From NCBI GenBank assembly GCA_030550225.1, contig JAUQPV010000002.1, positions 1 through 38,124 on the forward strand: a stretch of DNA of 38,124 nucleotides. Reading direction: 5' to 3'. The DNA is from Acidobacteriota bacterium (lineage in GTDB: Bacteria > Acidobacteriota > HRBIN11). Position 1 is the stretch's first letter, and every line of letters begins with the position of its first letter. Both the position numbers and the translations under genes were made by a program. Shown piece by piece: positions 14,621 through 23,884 of the stretch. The notes below the pieces were generated by a model, which saw nothing but the letters and a program-made list of their open reading frames with translations, did no database searches and was not told the origin of the DNA.

Positions 14621-16066
14621 CTACGTCCCCAACCGGATGGCGACCATCTGGATGTTCGTCATCTCCTCGATGGCGTAGCGGACGCCCTCTCGACCGATGC
14701 CACTCTGACGGTTGCCGCCGTAGGGCATGTGGTCGGCCCGGAACGTCGGGGCGTCGTTAATGATGATCCCTCCGAAGTTCAGACGACGGATGGCTTGGAA
14801 AACCCGCTGGATGTCCCGAGTAAAGACGGCGGCCTGAAGACCATACTCGGTCGCATCGGCCTGGCGGAGGGCCTCCTCGAAGTCGTCGTACTCAATGACG
14901 TTGGCGATGGGAGCAAAGGCCTCCTTGGCGACGACCTTCATCTCGGGTTTTACATTCACGAGGACCGTCGGCCAGTAGACGGGACCTTCCCGTCGGCCGC
15001 CCGTGACGATGCGAGCGCCTCCTTGCGTCGCCTCAGTGACCCAGGCCTCGATTCGCTGAGCCTCTCGTTCATCGATCATCGGCCCGACGTCGACCCGTTC
15101 GTCCAAGGGGTCGCCGACGACCATCGACTCCGTCTCCCGGACGAACCGCTCCAGGAAGGGATCGTAGACCGGCCGCTCGGCGTAGACCCGTTGGACGGAG
15201 AGGCAGACTTGGCCCGAGTTGTAGTAAGCCCCGATGGCACACCGCCGGGCCGCCCACGCCAGGTCGGCGTCCGGAGCGATGATGACCGGCGAGGTATTCC
15301 CCAGCTCCAGGGTCACCTTCTTGATGCCGGCAATCTGCGTAATGCGCGCTCCGACGTCCGGGCTCCCCGTGAAGGTCACCTTCGCCACGCGGGGGTCCCG
15401 CACGAGCCACTCCCCGACCGTATGCCCCGGCCCGACGACGAGGTTGATGGCCCCTGGCGGCAGGCCCGCCTCTTCCAAGACGCGACACAGCAGGACCGAA
15501 GTCAGGGGCGTCGAGCTGGCCGGCTTCAGGACCAGGGCGTTGCCCGCCGCAATCGCCGGGGCGACCTTGTGGGCGACCAAGTTCAGGGGGAAGTTAAAGG
15601 GCGTGATCGCCGCCACGACGCCGACGGGCCGGCGGACGTAAAATCCGAAGTAGCCCTCGCCGGCCGGGACGGCGTCCAGGGGGACCGTCTCGCCGTGGAC
15701 CCGGCGGGCCTCCTCGGCGGCGATGGTAAACGTCGTGATGGCCCGGTCGACTTCGACCCGGGCCCACTTGAGGGCCTTCCCCGCTTCCGCCGCAATCGTC
15801 CGGGCGAATTCGTCCCGCCGTTCCCGGATCAGGGCCGCCGTCCGGGCCAGGATTTCGGAACGCTTGTGGGCCGGCATCTCGGCCATGATGGGAGCCGCCT
15901 GCTGGGCGGCGGCGATGGCCGCATCGACGTCGTCCTCCCGGGCCGTCGGGACCGTCCCGATGACGTCCCCGCTGTATTTGTTCCGGACCTCCAAGGGCGG
16001 CCCGCCCGAGACCCACCGACCCCCGATGTAGAGCTTCGCTTCTCCGAATTCAAACCGAATGGCCAT
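14621..16066 (-). CDS. NAD(P)-dependent aldehyde dehydrogenase
   Basis: LELGNTSP and GQVCLSVQR (catalytic Cys) motifs, 481 aa. ATG 16066 is preceded by GGAGAAG. Confidence 0.88.
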   Translation of the reverse strand: MAIRFEFGEAKLYIGGRWVSGGPPLEVRNKYSGDVIGTVPTAREDDVDAAIAAAQQAAPIMAEMPAHKRSEILARTAALIRERRDEFARTIAAEAGKALKWARVEVDRAITTFTIAAEEARRVHGETVPLDAVPAGEGYFGFYVRRPVGVVAAITPFNFPLNLVAHKVAPAIAAGNALVLKPASSTPLTSVLLCRVLEEAGLPPGAINLVVGPGHTVGEWLVRDPRVAKVTFTGSPDVGARITQIAGIKKVTLELGNTSPVIIAPDADLAWAARRCAIGAYYNSGQVCLSVQRVYAERPVYDPFLERFVRETESMVVGDPLDERVDVGPMIDEREAQRIEAWVTEATQGGARIVTGGRREGPVYWPTVLVNVKPEMKVVAKEAFAPIANVIEYDDFEEALRQADATEYGLQAAVFTRDIQRVFQAIRRLNFGGIIINDAPTFRADHMPYGGNRQSGIGREGVRYAIEEMTNIQMVAIRLGT

Positions 16067-16180
16067 GATGGGGACTTCTCCATTAAGCAAGAAGGCAGTA
16101 GGACAATGAGTCTGGCTCATGGGTCCTGAGGAAGGGACCCTCTTCCCCAGGACTTGTAAACCATGAGCCCTCGGCCCAGT

Positions 16181-16204
16181 GGGGGCCGGGAAAACCCGGC
16201 CCCC
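16181..16204. terminator. Perfect GC hairpin between the cyclase-family gene and the ALDH gene
   Basis: GGGGGCCGGG AAAA CCCGGCCCCC, a 10-bp perfect stem. There is no clear T-run on the minus (sense) strand, so it may be an attenuator or stabiliser rather than a full terminator. Confidence 0.45.
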
Positions 16205-16217
16205 GGTAAAGTTTAGA

Positions 16218-17183
16218 TTACCGAATCGCGACAGCCGTCGCCCACGTTTGACCGGAGCCCTTCACCCGCAGGATGGACAGCACGATCATGAATTCGTAAG
16301 CCTTGTCCCGGACCAACTCTTCCGTGACCGCATTTTCAAAGAGCATGATCCCGTTCTTCGTGATCAACTCCTGGTGAGGCGCAAAGGCCGTGCCGTCGGG
16401 ACCCGGGACGGCGTCGATGCCCCAGGTATCGGCCCCGACGACGGCGACCCGCCGCTGGACCAACCACTTGGCGGCGTCCATGTAAATGCCGGGTTCGCTA
16501 CTGATCCACCGCTTCGGGTCCTTGTCTAAGACCTTCATCCATCCCGTGTGGAAGATCACGACGTCGCCCGGGCCGACGCGGATGTTCCCCTGCCGCTTGA
16601 GGGCCGCCTCGATGTCAGCGACCGTGATGACGTAGTTGTCGGGTTGTAAGACGTCGACGCCCTTCAGGCCGGCGATGTCCAGCAAGACACCCCGAGTCAC
16701 GATGGGCTTGAGCTTTTCACAGCTGTTCATCTTCAGGCCCGTCGGCGTGAAGATGTCCCGCCAGGGCCGCCCGTTGTACCACCGGTCATTCAGGCCGATG
16801 TGGCCGAGACAGTCAAGTTGGGTAAAAGAACCGAGCCAACCGAAGACGACCTCTTCGGACCATTGGAGCTTATTAGCGCCCAGGTAAGCGACGACCGAGT
16901 GGTAGGGCATGTGCATGCTGAAGGTCCGAGGGGCAAAGGCCGGGACACCTTCTCGTAAGACCATCGAGAGGTGATAGGTCTTGCCCTCTTTGATGAGGGC
17001 GGCGGCTTCTTTGACCTTGGCGGGTGTGATCTCGTTCAAGGCACCCTGTTCGTCGTCGGCGCCGTACCGACTGGGCCACCACTTTTCCTCCTGGCCGAGG
17101 CTCAGGCCGACGAGGGCCACGACACCGATGAATCCGGCGAGAGCCAGGAGGAGCCTTCGAGAACGGAAATTCCAGGCTTTCAT
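16218..17183 (-). CDS. Exported cyclase-family (kynurenine-formamidase-fold) hydrolase
   Basis: N-terminal signal or anchor MKAWNFRSRRLLLALAGFIGVVALVGLSLG. Body resembles the putative-cyclase fold (FTQLDCLGH where HxGTHxDxPxH is expected; GDVVIFHTGW). ATG 17183 is preceded by GGGAGGG. Confidence 0.6.
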   Translation of the reverse strand: MKAWNFRSRRLLLALAGFIGVVALVGLSLGQEEKWWPSRYGADDEQGALNEITPAKVKEAAALIKEGKTYHLSMVLREGVPAFAPRTFSMHMPYHSVVAYLGANKLQWSEEVVFGWLGSFTQLDCLGHIGLNDRWYNGRPWRDIFTPTGLKMNSCEKLKPIVTRGVLLDIAGLKGVDVLQPDNYVITVADIEAALKRQGNIRVGPGDVVIFHTGWMKVLDKDPKRWISSEPGIYMDAAKWLVQRRVAVVGADTWGIDAVPGPDGTAFAPHQELITKNGIMLFENAVTEELVRDKAYEFMIVLSILRVKGSGQTWATAVAIR

Positions 17184-17311
17184 GATCACCCTCCCGATGA
17201 CTTTAATTAATAATTAATTTAACTTGACACGGTCCCCCATGTCGGGCGTCCGATCCTCCAGAGACCGAATCCCGAACACCGGAGACCCGCATCAAGCCAG
17301 GACGAACCCGA

Positions 17312-17336
17312 GCCGTCGGGGCGCCGCCCCGACGGC
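17312..17336 (-). terminator. GC hairpin downstream of the outer-membrane protein gene
   Basis: GCCGTCGGGGC (17312-17322) pairs perfectly with GCCCCGACGGC (17326-17336) around a 3-nt loop, 15 nt after the stop. No T-run. Confidence 0.45.
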
Positions 17337-17350
17337 CGAAGGGACTTTGT

Positions 17351-18262
17351 TTAGAAGGAGTAACCCAGGTGAATCCGGAAGTCCAGATGGGATTGGGCCG
17401 GACCGTTCTTTCCGGACAGGGTAAAGCCGTGCGGATACCACTCGTCCTGCAGACCGACGAGGACCCAAGTGAGGAAGAACTTCCCGTAAGACAGGGTCAC
17501 CGACGGGAGCAGGGTCCACTGATGGCCGTCCGTGTTGGGGACTTCCCGGCCGTTGAGTTTGGTCGGGCCGAATCCGCGACGGCGGACCTGCAGGTCGACC
17601 GTCAGGCTCGTCTTCTCCCCGATGGGGTAGCTATACGTGACGCCGACCGTAGGGACTGTCAAGTCGCCGGGGTCGACCTCATCCTCGCCGTCTTGGTGGA
17701 CCAGGGTCATGATGTAGTAGGTACCGCCGTAGACGGTCAGCGAGCCCTTCGGGAGACTGAGGGGGTACTTCACGGTGCCGTTCAGGATGATCTCGTCGCT
17801 CTGGTTCGTCGCCGAGATCCGACCCGGCTCGACGGGCCGAGGCGCAAGGTCGAAGACGTAAGCCCCCGTAAGGTTAAAGTACTTGGTGCTCAAGGTCCCG
17901 TAGGTCCAGAACCAGAAGGGGACGAGGCCGCTGGAGACGGTCGTTCCACTGGTGGTCACCTTCACGTTGCCGAACAGGGTCAGGGCCCCGACGGTGAAAG
18001 CCGGGCTCAGCTCGTCAGCCACGCCCTTGACCGGCGTCGTGTATTGCGCCAGGGCGAACCAATAGGGGACCTCGATTTTAAAGGTGGGGTCGGGTCGGTA
18101 TTTGGTACCGCCGGCGTCATACAGCTCATTGATGGTCACTGTACTGGCGGCGACCAGGACCGTCCACTGGGCCTGGCTGGAGACGGCCGTTCCGGTCAGG
18201 AAGACGGCCGCCAAGACCAATGCGCGAGCGCCGCGCCACGGAAGCCGTCGATGGACTTTCAT
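17351..18262 (-). CDS. Outer-membrane beta-barrel protein (family not identified)
   Basis: Signal peptide MKVHRRLPWRGARALVLAAVFLTGTAVSSQAQ. Alternating amphipathic strands rich in Y/T/G. C-terminal ...HLGYSF* with terminal Phe. ATG 18262 is preceded by GGAGGGGG. Confidence 0.6.
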   Translation of the reverse strand: MKVHRRLPWRGARALVLAAVFLTGTAVSSQAQWTVLVAASTVTINELYDAGGTKYRPDPTFKIEVPYWFALAQYTTPVKGVADELSPAFTVGALTLFGNVKVTTSGTTVSSGLVPFWFWTYGTLSTKYFNLTGAYVFDLAPRPVEPGRISATNQSDEIILNGTVKYPLSLPKGSLTVYGGTYYIMTLVHQDGEDEVDPGDLTVPTVGVTYSYPIGEKTSLTVDLQVRRRGFGPTKLNGREVPNTDGHQWTLLPSVTLSYGKFFLTWVLVGLQDEWYPHGFTLSGKNGPAQSHLDFRIHLGYSF

Positions 18263-18397
18263 AGCCCCCTCCAAAAGGTAAAGTCCAATATGCAGGCCAC
18301 TCAGGCAGTCGGGCGACCCGATAAGCCGGCCCGTGACATGTCTCCATGACCTAAACATCTTATCATCGGCCGGATTGTAAGGAATCCTATTTACCTG

Positions 18398-19069
18398 TCA
18401 ACTCGAACTTCCGGCCCCCGACGCCCCGTCGGTCGCGACCTCGCCCCGCTCGATGGTCACGACCCGATCGACTAAAGCGGCAATCACGCGCGGGTCCGAC
18501 TCGGCGACCAAGAGGGTCACGCCCGTCTCCCGGACCCGGGCGAGGACGTCGACCATACGGGCGGCCATCTCGGGGGCCAGGCCCTCGAAGGGCTCGTCCA
18601 GCAGGAGCCAGCGTCGGCCAGCCATCAGCGCCCGGGCCAAGGCGGCCATCTTTTGCTGACCTCCGCTGAGCCACGTAGCCCGCCGGTCCGCCATCGTCCG
18701 CACGTCGGGCATGAGGTCGTAGACCCAGCGAAGCCGCTCGGCGGCGTCCGGGATCCCCATCGCCCATGCCGGGAGCAAGATGTTTTCCTCCACGGTCAGG
18801 GACCCGACGAGGCGTCGGTCCTCGGGCATATAGCCGATGCCGAGACGGGCCCGCTCGTAGGGCCGGAGTCGGCCGACGTCCCGGCCGTCCAAGCGGACCT
18901 GGCCGGACTGGACCGGGAGGAGGCCCATGATGCTCCGCAGGGTCGTCGTCTTACCGGCGCCGTTGCGGCCGACGAGGCCGACGGCCGTGCCCGTCGGGAC
19001 CGTCAACGTGACGCCCCGTAGAATCCCGTATGCACCGATGAAGACCCAGACATCCTGGAGCTCTAACAT
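18398..19069 (-). CDS. livF: ABC transporter ATP-binding protein, LivF-like
   Basis: GRNGAGKTT Walker A, LSGGQQKMAALARAL signature, LLLDEP Walker B. Starts MLELQDV. An upstream GTG at 19129 is possible. Confidence 0.85.
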   Translation of the reverse strand: MLELQDVWVFIGAYGILRGVTLTVPTGTAVGLVGRNGAGKTTTLRSIMGLLPVQSGQVRLDGRDVGRLRPYERARLGIGYMPEDRRLVGSLTVEENILLPAWAMGIPDAAERLRWVYDLMPDVRTMADRRATWLSGGQQKMAALARALMAGRRWLLLDEPFEGLAPEMAARMVDVLARVRETGVTLLVAESDPRVIAALVDRVVTIERGEVATDGASGAGSSS

Positions 19070-19133
19070 GGACCTTTCCCTTTTCGTGACGACGGGATGG
19101 ATGGCTCGTACCACTTCATCACTCGTCACACCG

Positions 19134-19874
19134 TCACTTGGTCTTGGAGGGAGCGGCTAAGACTTCCGAAAGGACGGCCTGGGGGTCGCCGTCAGCGACA
19201 ACCCGGCCGCCCTGAAACACGAGGACTCGCTGGGCGTATCGCAAGACGACGTCCATGTCGTGTTCGACGAAGAGGACCGTCACGCCGGCGGGAAGCAGGA
19301 TTTCCATGAGCGTGTCCATAAGGGGGAACTTCTCCCGGACGCTGACGCCACTGGTCGGCTCGTCCATCAGGAGGAGCCGGGGCCGCAGGGCCAATGCCAG
19401 GGCCACATCCAGGAGCTTCCGCTTCCCTTCGGGTAGGGTATAGGTCGGCCGGTCGGCGTCGTCGGCCAGACCGAACCGGGCCAGCAGGTCCATCGCCGGT
19501 TCGACCCAGGCCGTTCGCCGTAGGGGCCACCAGGGGTCCATCATCCGGCCTTCTCGGGCGGCCCACGCCAGAAGCATGTTTTCCAGGACCGTCAAATTCG
19601 AGTAGAGCTGGGGGATCTGAAACGTGCGGGCGATGCCCAGGCGAGTGATCGTCCGGGGGTGCAAGCCCGTGATGTCCCGTCCCATAAACCGGATGGTCCC
19701 CCGCTCGGGCGGGATATAGCCCGTCACGAGGTTCAGGAAAGTCGTCTTGCCTGCTCCATTCGGGCCGACAATGCCGACCTGCTCGCCTTCTCGGACCTGG
19801 ACGGCCAGGTCCTCGGCGGCGACGACTTGGCCGAAGCGCCGCGTGAGACCCTCAGTCTCCAACACGACCGTCAT
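19134..19874 (-). CDS. livG: ABC transporter ATP-binding protein, LivG-like
   Basis: GPNGAGKTT Walker A, LLLMDEP Walker B, starts MTVVLETEGLTRRFG. ATG 19874 overlaps the livM stop (ATGA). The longer track ORF is a spurious extension into livM. Confidence 0.88.
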   Translation of the reverse strand: MTVVLETEGLTRRFGQVVAAEDLAVQVREGEQVGIVGPNGAGKTTFLNLVTGYIPPERGTIRFMGRDITGLHPRTITRLGIARTFQIPQLYSNLTVLENMLLAWAAREGRMMDPWWPLRRTAWVEPAMDLLARFGLADDADRPTYTLPEGKRKLLDVALALALRPRLLLMDEPTSGVSVREKFPLMDTLMEILLPAGVTVLFVEHDMDVVLRYAQRVLVFQGGRVVADGDPQAVLSEVLAAPSKTK

Positions 19875-20815
19875 GATACAGCCTTCCGAAATCGAAGATA
19901 GCGAAGGGTCCAAAGGCCCCGGGGCATGAAGAGGATCAGCAAGAGCATCATCCCGCCCAGGGCCATCTGCCACGTATAGGGCGCGTATTTCAGGGCATAC
20001 GTGCGAAGGAACTCGAATACGACTGCGCCGATGAGGGGCGCCAGGACACTTTCGGTCCCGCCTAACAGCGTGATGAATACGAACTCGCCGGCCGTCGTCC
20101 AGTAGGCCAGCTGGGGGTCGACGTGGCCGACGTTTAAGGCCGTCAGGACACCCCCGAGACCGGCCAAACCGGCCGCCAGGACGTAGGCCCAGTAGACGAC
20201 CTGCCAGACCGAACTTCCGAGATACTCCAGACGGACCTCGTTGTCCCGGACGGCCCGGAGGGCATACCCCAGGGGCGAGTCCAAAAACAGGTGGATCAGG
20301 ACAAGGGCGACGGCCGTACAGACCAAGGTGGCCTCGTAGAGGACCGACCGAAGCGTGTCGACCGACCACGCCGTGCCCAAGACGGTCGGCGGGGGAATCC
20401 GGAGTCCGTCTGTACCGCCCGTGATCCAGTAGGCTTTCAACAGCCAGCCGTAGAGGATCATCGTGAAGGCCAGGCTCAGCATGGCGAAGAAGATCTCCCG
20501 GTACCGGGCAATCCAGAGGCCGGTCAGGGCGGCCACGGTCATGCTGACGATGACGGCCCCGACGAGGAGAAGCCCGGCCTCCCGAACGCCAAGGAGCCGC
20601 ACCATGAAGGCGGCTGTGTAAGCACCCGTCGCAAAAAACAGACTCTGCCCAAAGGAGACCAGACCGGCCCGCATCAGCAGGGCCACGCTGAGGGCCGCCA
20701 GACCCCGGGCCAGGGCCAGGGAGAACAGAAAGACCGTCCATCGGGGTAAGACGAAGCCCACCGCCCCGAGCCCGACGAAGCTCAATACCCCGATCAGGAC
20801 TGCCCGAGGTTTCAT
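19871..20815 (-). CDS. livM: Branched-chain/HAAT-family ABC permease, LivM-like
   Basis: Polytopic membrane protein with GQSLFFATGAYTAA-type motif. ATG 20815 overlaps the livH stop (ATGA). Confidence 0.85.
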   Translation of the reverse strand: MKPRAVLIGVLSFVGLGAVGFVLPRWTVFLFSLALARGLAALSVALLMRAGLVSFGQSLFFATGAYTAAFMVRLLGVREAGLLLVGAVIVSMTVAALTGLWIARYREIFFAMLSLAFTMILYGWLLKAYWITGGTDGLRIPPPTVLGTAWSVDTLRSVLYEATLVCTAVALVLIHLFLDSPLGYALRAVRDNEVRLEYLGSSVWQVVYWAYVLAAGLAGLGGVLTALNVGHVDPQLAYWTTAGEFVFITLLGGTESVLAPLIGAVVFEFLRTYALKYAPYTWQMALGGMMLLLILFMPRGLWTLRYLRFRKAVS

Positions 20816-21711
20816 AGCCGTCGGACCTCCACCCGACCCCAAAGCCCCCGGGGTCGCAGGATCAAAACCAGGGCCATGACGAGGTAGATCACGAACAACT
20901 CCAGGACCGGGAACAGGTGTACGGTCGCCGCCCGGAGGAGACCGATCAGGAGGGCCCCCACGGCGGCGCCCTCCAGGCTTCCGAGTCCCCCGAGGACGAC
21001 GACGGCGAAGGCCAGGACGATCACCTCGGCCCCCATCCCCGGCATGACGGCGATCATCGGGGCCGTCATCGCACCCCCGAGGCCGGCCAAGACGGTCCCT
21101 ATCGAGAAAGCCAGGACGGACATCCGGGGCACGTCGATGCCCAGGGCCATACTCATCTCGGGGTCCTCGATCATGGCCACGATGATCCGGCCCGTCCGGG
21201 TCCGGCGGATAAAGACACTCACGAGGATCCCGACGACGGCAGCCGTCCCGACCAGCAGGAGACTATACCAGGGATAGGTAATGTCCCCGATGGAGACCTC
21301 CCCGAGGAGTGTGTATGGGGCATACGCATAGATGGGGTCGACTCCCCAGACCAGCTTGGTGAGGTCCTCAAAGATCAAAAACAAGGCGTAGGTCGCCAAG
21401 AGTTGATAGACCGGCTCCCGGGGATACATCCACCGCAAGATCCCCCGCTCGACGAGAGGACCCACGACGACACCCACGGCGAGGGCCGCCAGGGGGATCA
21501 TCAGATAGACACCGTAGGGCCAGAGGTCCCGGCGTCCGTAAAGCCCGATGAGGGACGCCGCCGCATAGGCCCCCAGGGCATAGAAACTCCCGTGGGCGAT
21601 GTTGAGGACCCGCAGGACCCCGTAAATCAGGCTCAGACCTAAGGCAATCAGAAAGAGCCACGCCGCATAAATCAAGCCATCGGTCCCGATGACGACCAGC
21701 GTGTCGATCAT
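20812..21711 (-). CDS. livH: Branched-chain/HAAT-family ABC permease, LivH-like
   Basis: LSLIYGVLRVLNIAHGSFYALGAY N-terminal motif, 299 aa, multiple transmembrane segments. Confidence 0.85.
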   Translation of the reverse strand: MIDTLVVIGTDGLIYAAWLFLIALGLSLIYGVLRVLNIAHGSFYALGAYAAASLIGLYGRRDLWPYGVYLMIPLAALAVGVVVGPLVERGILRWMYPREPVYQLLATYALFLIFEDLTKLVWGVDPIYAYAPYTLLGEVSIGDITYPWYSLLLVGTAAVVGILVSVFIRRTRTGRIIVAMIEDPEMSMALGIDVPRMSVLAFSIGTVLAGLGGAMTAPMIAVMPGMGAEVIVLAFAVVVLGGLGSLEGAAVGALLIGLLRAATVHLFPVLELFVIYLVMALVLILRPRGLWGRVEVRRL

Positions 21712-21723
21712 CTTACCGCCCCG

Positions 21724-23043
21724 TCACGGACATCGGGCGCCTGGGAACCCCTGGCGGATCCAGTCCTCGCTCTTGACGCCGTCCGGCGGGTTCACGCACT
21801 CGGCCGGGAAAGTCATTACGTTCGTCAGCCGCACCTCTTTCTGCTGAGGATCATAGGGACCCGTGATGCCATAAGCCGTCGGCTCGACAGCCTGATGGCC
21901 CTTGCCGATGGCCATCCGGATCGTGCCGCTGGGCGTCTCGAACTCCAGATACTCGAGGGCGGCGATGACCTGATCGACCGTAGGCCACTTGCCTTCATTC
22001 GCCGCTAAAGCCTTCTCAAAGGCGGCTTTCACACCCAAGAGGGCCTGAGCCATGTGGTAAGACGCATAGACCGGCCGAATCCCATAACGGTCTCGGTACG
22101 CCCGGACGAACCACTGGTTCAGCGGCGTGTTCGGCGCAAAGGGCCCGTGGGGCCCGCGCGCCCCAACGATGATCCCCGGCGGGACGTCCCGACCCAGCCG
22201 GGGGAGCATCGTCTCTCCCGGTGTGAAGGCGATCAGACTCCGACGATGTAGGCCCCGGGGCGTCATCTGGATCGTGAAGCCCTCGAGGTCTCCGCCCCAG
22301 AAGCTCGAGTGGATGAACTCGGGCCGGGCCGCCAGGAGGGCCGAAATCTCGGTCGAGAACTCCCCCGCAAACAACTTGGGGAACTGCTCGGAGACGACCT
22401 TCACGTCCGGCTTTAGCTTGAGCAGAGCGTCCCGGAAGGTGTTCCACGAATCCTGTCCCCAAGCGTAGTTCTGATTCAGGCCGGCGACCGTCCGGACGTT
22501 CGGCCGAATCTTCAGGAGATACCGAGCGAGGCCGATGCTATCGATGACCTGATGAGCGCTCGTCCGAAAGACGTACCGGTACGTCCGGTCCTCGAAAATC
22601 CGATTCGTCCCGCAGTCGAACAAGAACGTCAGGACCTTCAACTCCTCGGCGACCGGGGCGATGGCCAGACAGTCAGCACTCGAGATGTAGCCGATCACGA
22701 AGTCGACCTTTTCCTCCAGGACGAGACGGCGGAGCTCGGCGACCTGCCGCTCGGCCCCGCCGGCCTCGTCGACATAGACGGCTCGGATGGGCACGCCCCC
22801 GATGCCCGGCCGGTCATAGGGCTTGGGGGCACTCCCGGCGTTCAACTGCTCGATGAGGAGTTCGGTGGCATTCCGGGCCGGCACGCCGAAGGGAGCGGCG
22901 GCGGCGCCGGACAGGAAGACGACGATGCCGACTTTGAGTTGGGCCGGGGCCCCCGGCGGGGTGGGCGCCTGGGGCGACCCGGGCGGCGTCGATGCCAACA
23001 ATATTAATATAAAAATATTCAAGACACTAAAGGGACGGCTCAT
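21724..23043 (-). CDS. ABC transporter periplasmic substrate-binding protein (type 1 PBP, LivK-like, ligand unknown)
   Basis: Signal peptide MSRPFSVLNIFILILLASTPPGSP. Lies directly upstream of livHMGF. RBS GGAGGGGGG. Confidence 0.8.
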   Translation of the reverse strand: MSRPFSVLNIFILILLASTPPGSPQAPTPPGAPAQLKVGIVVFLSGAAAAPFGVPARNATELLIEQLNAGSAPKPYDRPGIGGVPIRAVYVDEAGGAERQVAELRRLVLEEKVDFVIGYISSADCLAIAPVAEELKVLTFLFDCGTNRIFEDRTYRYVFRTSAHQVIDSIGLARYLLKIRPNVRTVAGLNQNYAWGQDSWNTFRDALLKLKPDVKVVSEQFPKLFAGEFSTEISALLAARPEFIHSSFWGGDLEGFTIQMTPRGLHRRSLIAFTPGETMLPRLGRDVPPGIIVGARGPHGPFAPNTPLNQWFVRAYRDRYGIRPVYASYHMAQALLGVKAAFEKALAANEGKWPTVDQVIAALEYLEFETPSGTIRMAIGKGHQAVEPTAYGITGPYDPQQKEVRLTNVMTFPAECVNPPDGVKSEDWIRQGFPGARCP

Positions 23044-23076
23044 GAAGCGCCCCCCTCCGAGAAGATCAGGCTTATT

Positions 23077-23850
23077 TTAGCCAGCCGTGAGGCCCCCGTC
23101 AACGACAAGCACATGGCCCGTCACGTACCGGGCCGCCGGCGAGGCCAAAAACACGGCGACCCCCTTCAGGTCCTCGGGCTGACCGATGCGACCTATAGGT
23201 ATTAGTAAACGAATCCGGTCGCCAGCCTGTTCCAGGACGCCGCGCGTCATCCGAGTCTCGAAAAATCCCGGCGCGATCACGTTTACTCGCACGCCGTAGG
23301 GAGCCCACTTCACGGCCAGGTCCCGGCTCAAGGCAATGATGCCCCCCTTGGAAGCCGTGTAGCCGACGGCGGCCAGGACGTCCTCGGGCATCCCGATCCA
23401 GCCGGCCACGGACGCCACGTTGATGATACTCCCCGACCCCTGACGGACCATATGGCGGCCGACGGTCTGACACATCAGGAAAGTCCCCGTCAGGTTCGTC
23501 CGGAGGACCCACTCCCAACGTTCGAGGGGCATCTCCAGGGAAGGCGCTCCCCAGGCGACGCCGTGGGCGTTGACCAAGACGTCGATGCGACCGGCCCTTT
23601 CGAGGACTGTGCGGACGACCGTCTCCGCCTGAGACGGGTCGCCGATGTCGGCCGCCAGGGCTTCACAGGCCAGGCCCCGGGCCGTCAGGGCCTGCTCGGT
23701 CTCGTCCAGCCATTCCCGGCGTCGGGCCACGATGAACACGCGGGCACCGGCTTCGGCCAGGCCCTCGGCCATCGCCCGCCCGAGGCCCCGGGAGCCACCT
23801 GTCACCAAGGCGACTTGCCCCGTCAGGTCAAAGAGCGCCTGCACGTGCAT
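23077..23850 (-). CDS. Short-chain dehydrogenase/reductase (FabG-like)
   Basis: TGGSRGLG cofactor motif and YTASKGG (YxxxK). ATG 23850 is preceded by GGAGGC. The longer track ORF is an upstream extension. Confidence 0.88.
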   Translation of the reverse strand: MHVQALFDLTGQVALVTGGSRGLGRAMAEGLAEAGARVFIVARRREWLDETEQALTARGLACEALAADIGDPSQAETVVRTVLERAGRIDVLVNAHGVAWGAPSLEMPLERWEWVLRTNLTGTFLMCQTVGRHMVRQGSGSIINVASVAGWIGMPEDVLAAVGYTASKGGIIALSRDLAVKWAPYGVRVNVIAPGFFETRMTRGVLEQAGDRIRLLIPIGRIGQPEDLKGVAVFLASPAARYVTGHVLVVDGGLTAG

Positions 23851-23884
23851 GCATGCCTCCGTCCGGGGGGTACAAAACAGGCAT

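Noticed and set aside
14729-16129. 466-aa ORF on the plus strand
   Set aside because: It is antisense to the well-supported aldehyde dehydrogenase. It is Arg/Asp/Gly/Pro-rich with no motifs.
16218-17183. Reading 'cyclase family' as a nucleotide cyclase partner for the cNMP-binding protein
   Set aside because: The fold signature is the kynurenine-formamidase/polyketide-cyclase-type hydrolase family, not a class III nucleotidyl cyclase. The protein also appears to be exported.
17223-17228. Consensus TTGACA on the plus strand
   Set aside because: There is no plus-strand gene downstream, since both flanking genes are on the minus strand. There is no matching -10 element at proper spacing.
19875-20741. 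N-terminal extension of the LivG-like ORF (535-aa version)
   Set aside because: It overlaps the livM coding region in another frame. The canonical ABC ATPase start MTVVLETEGL at 19874 forms an ATGA junction with the livM stop.
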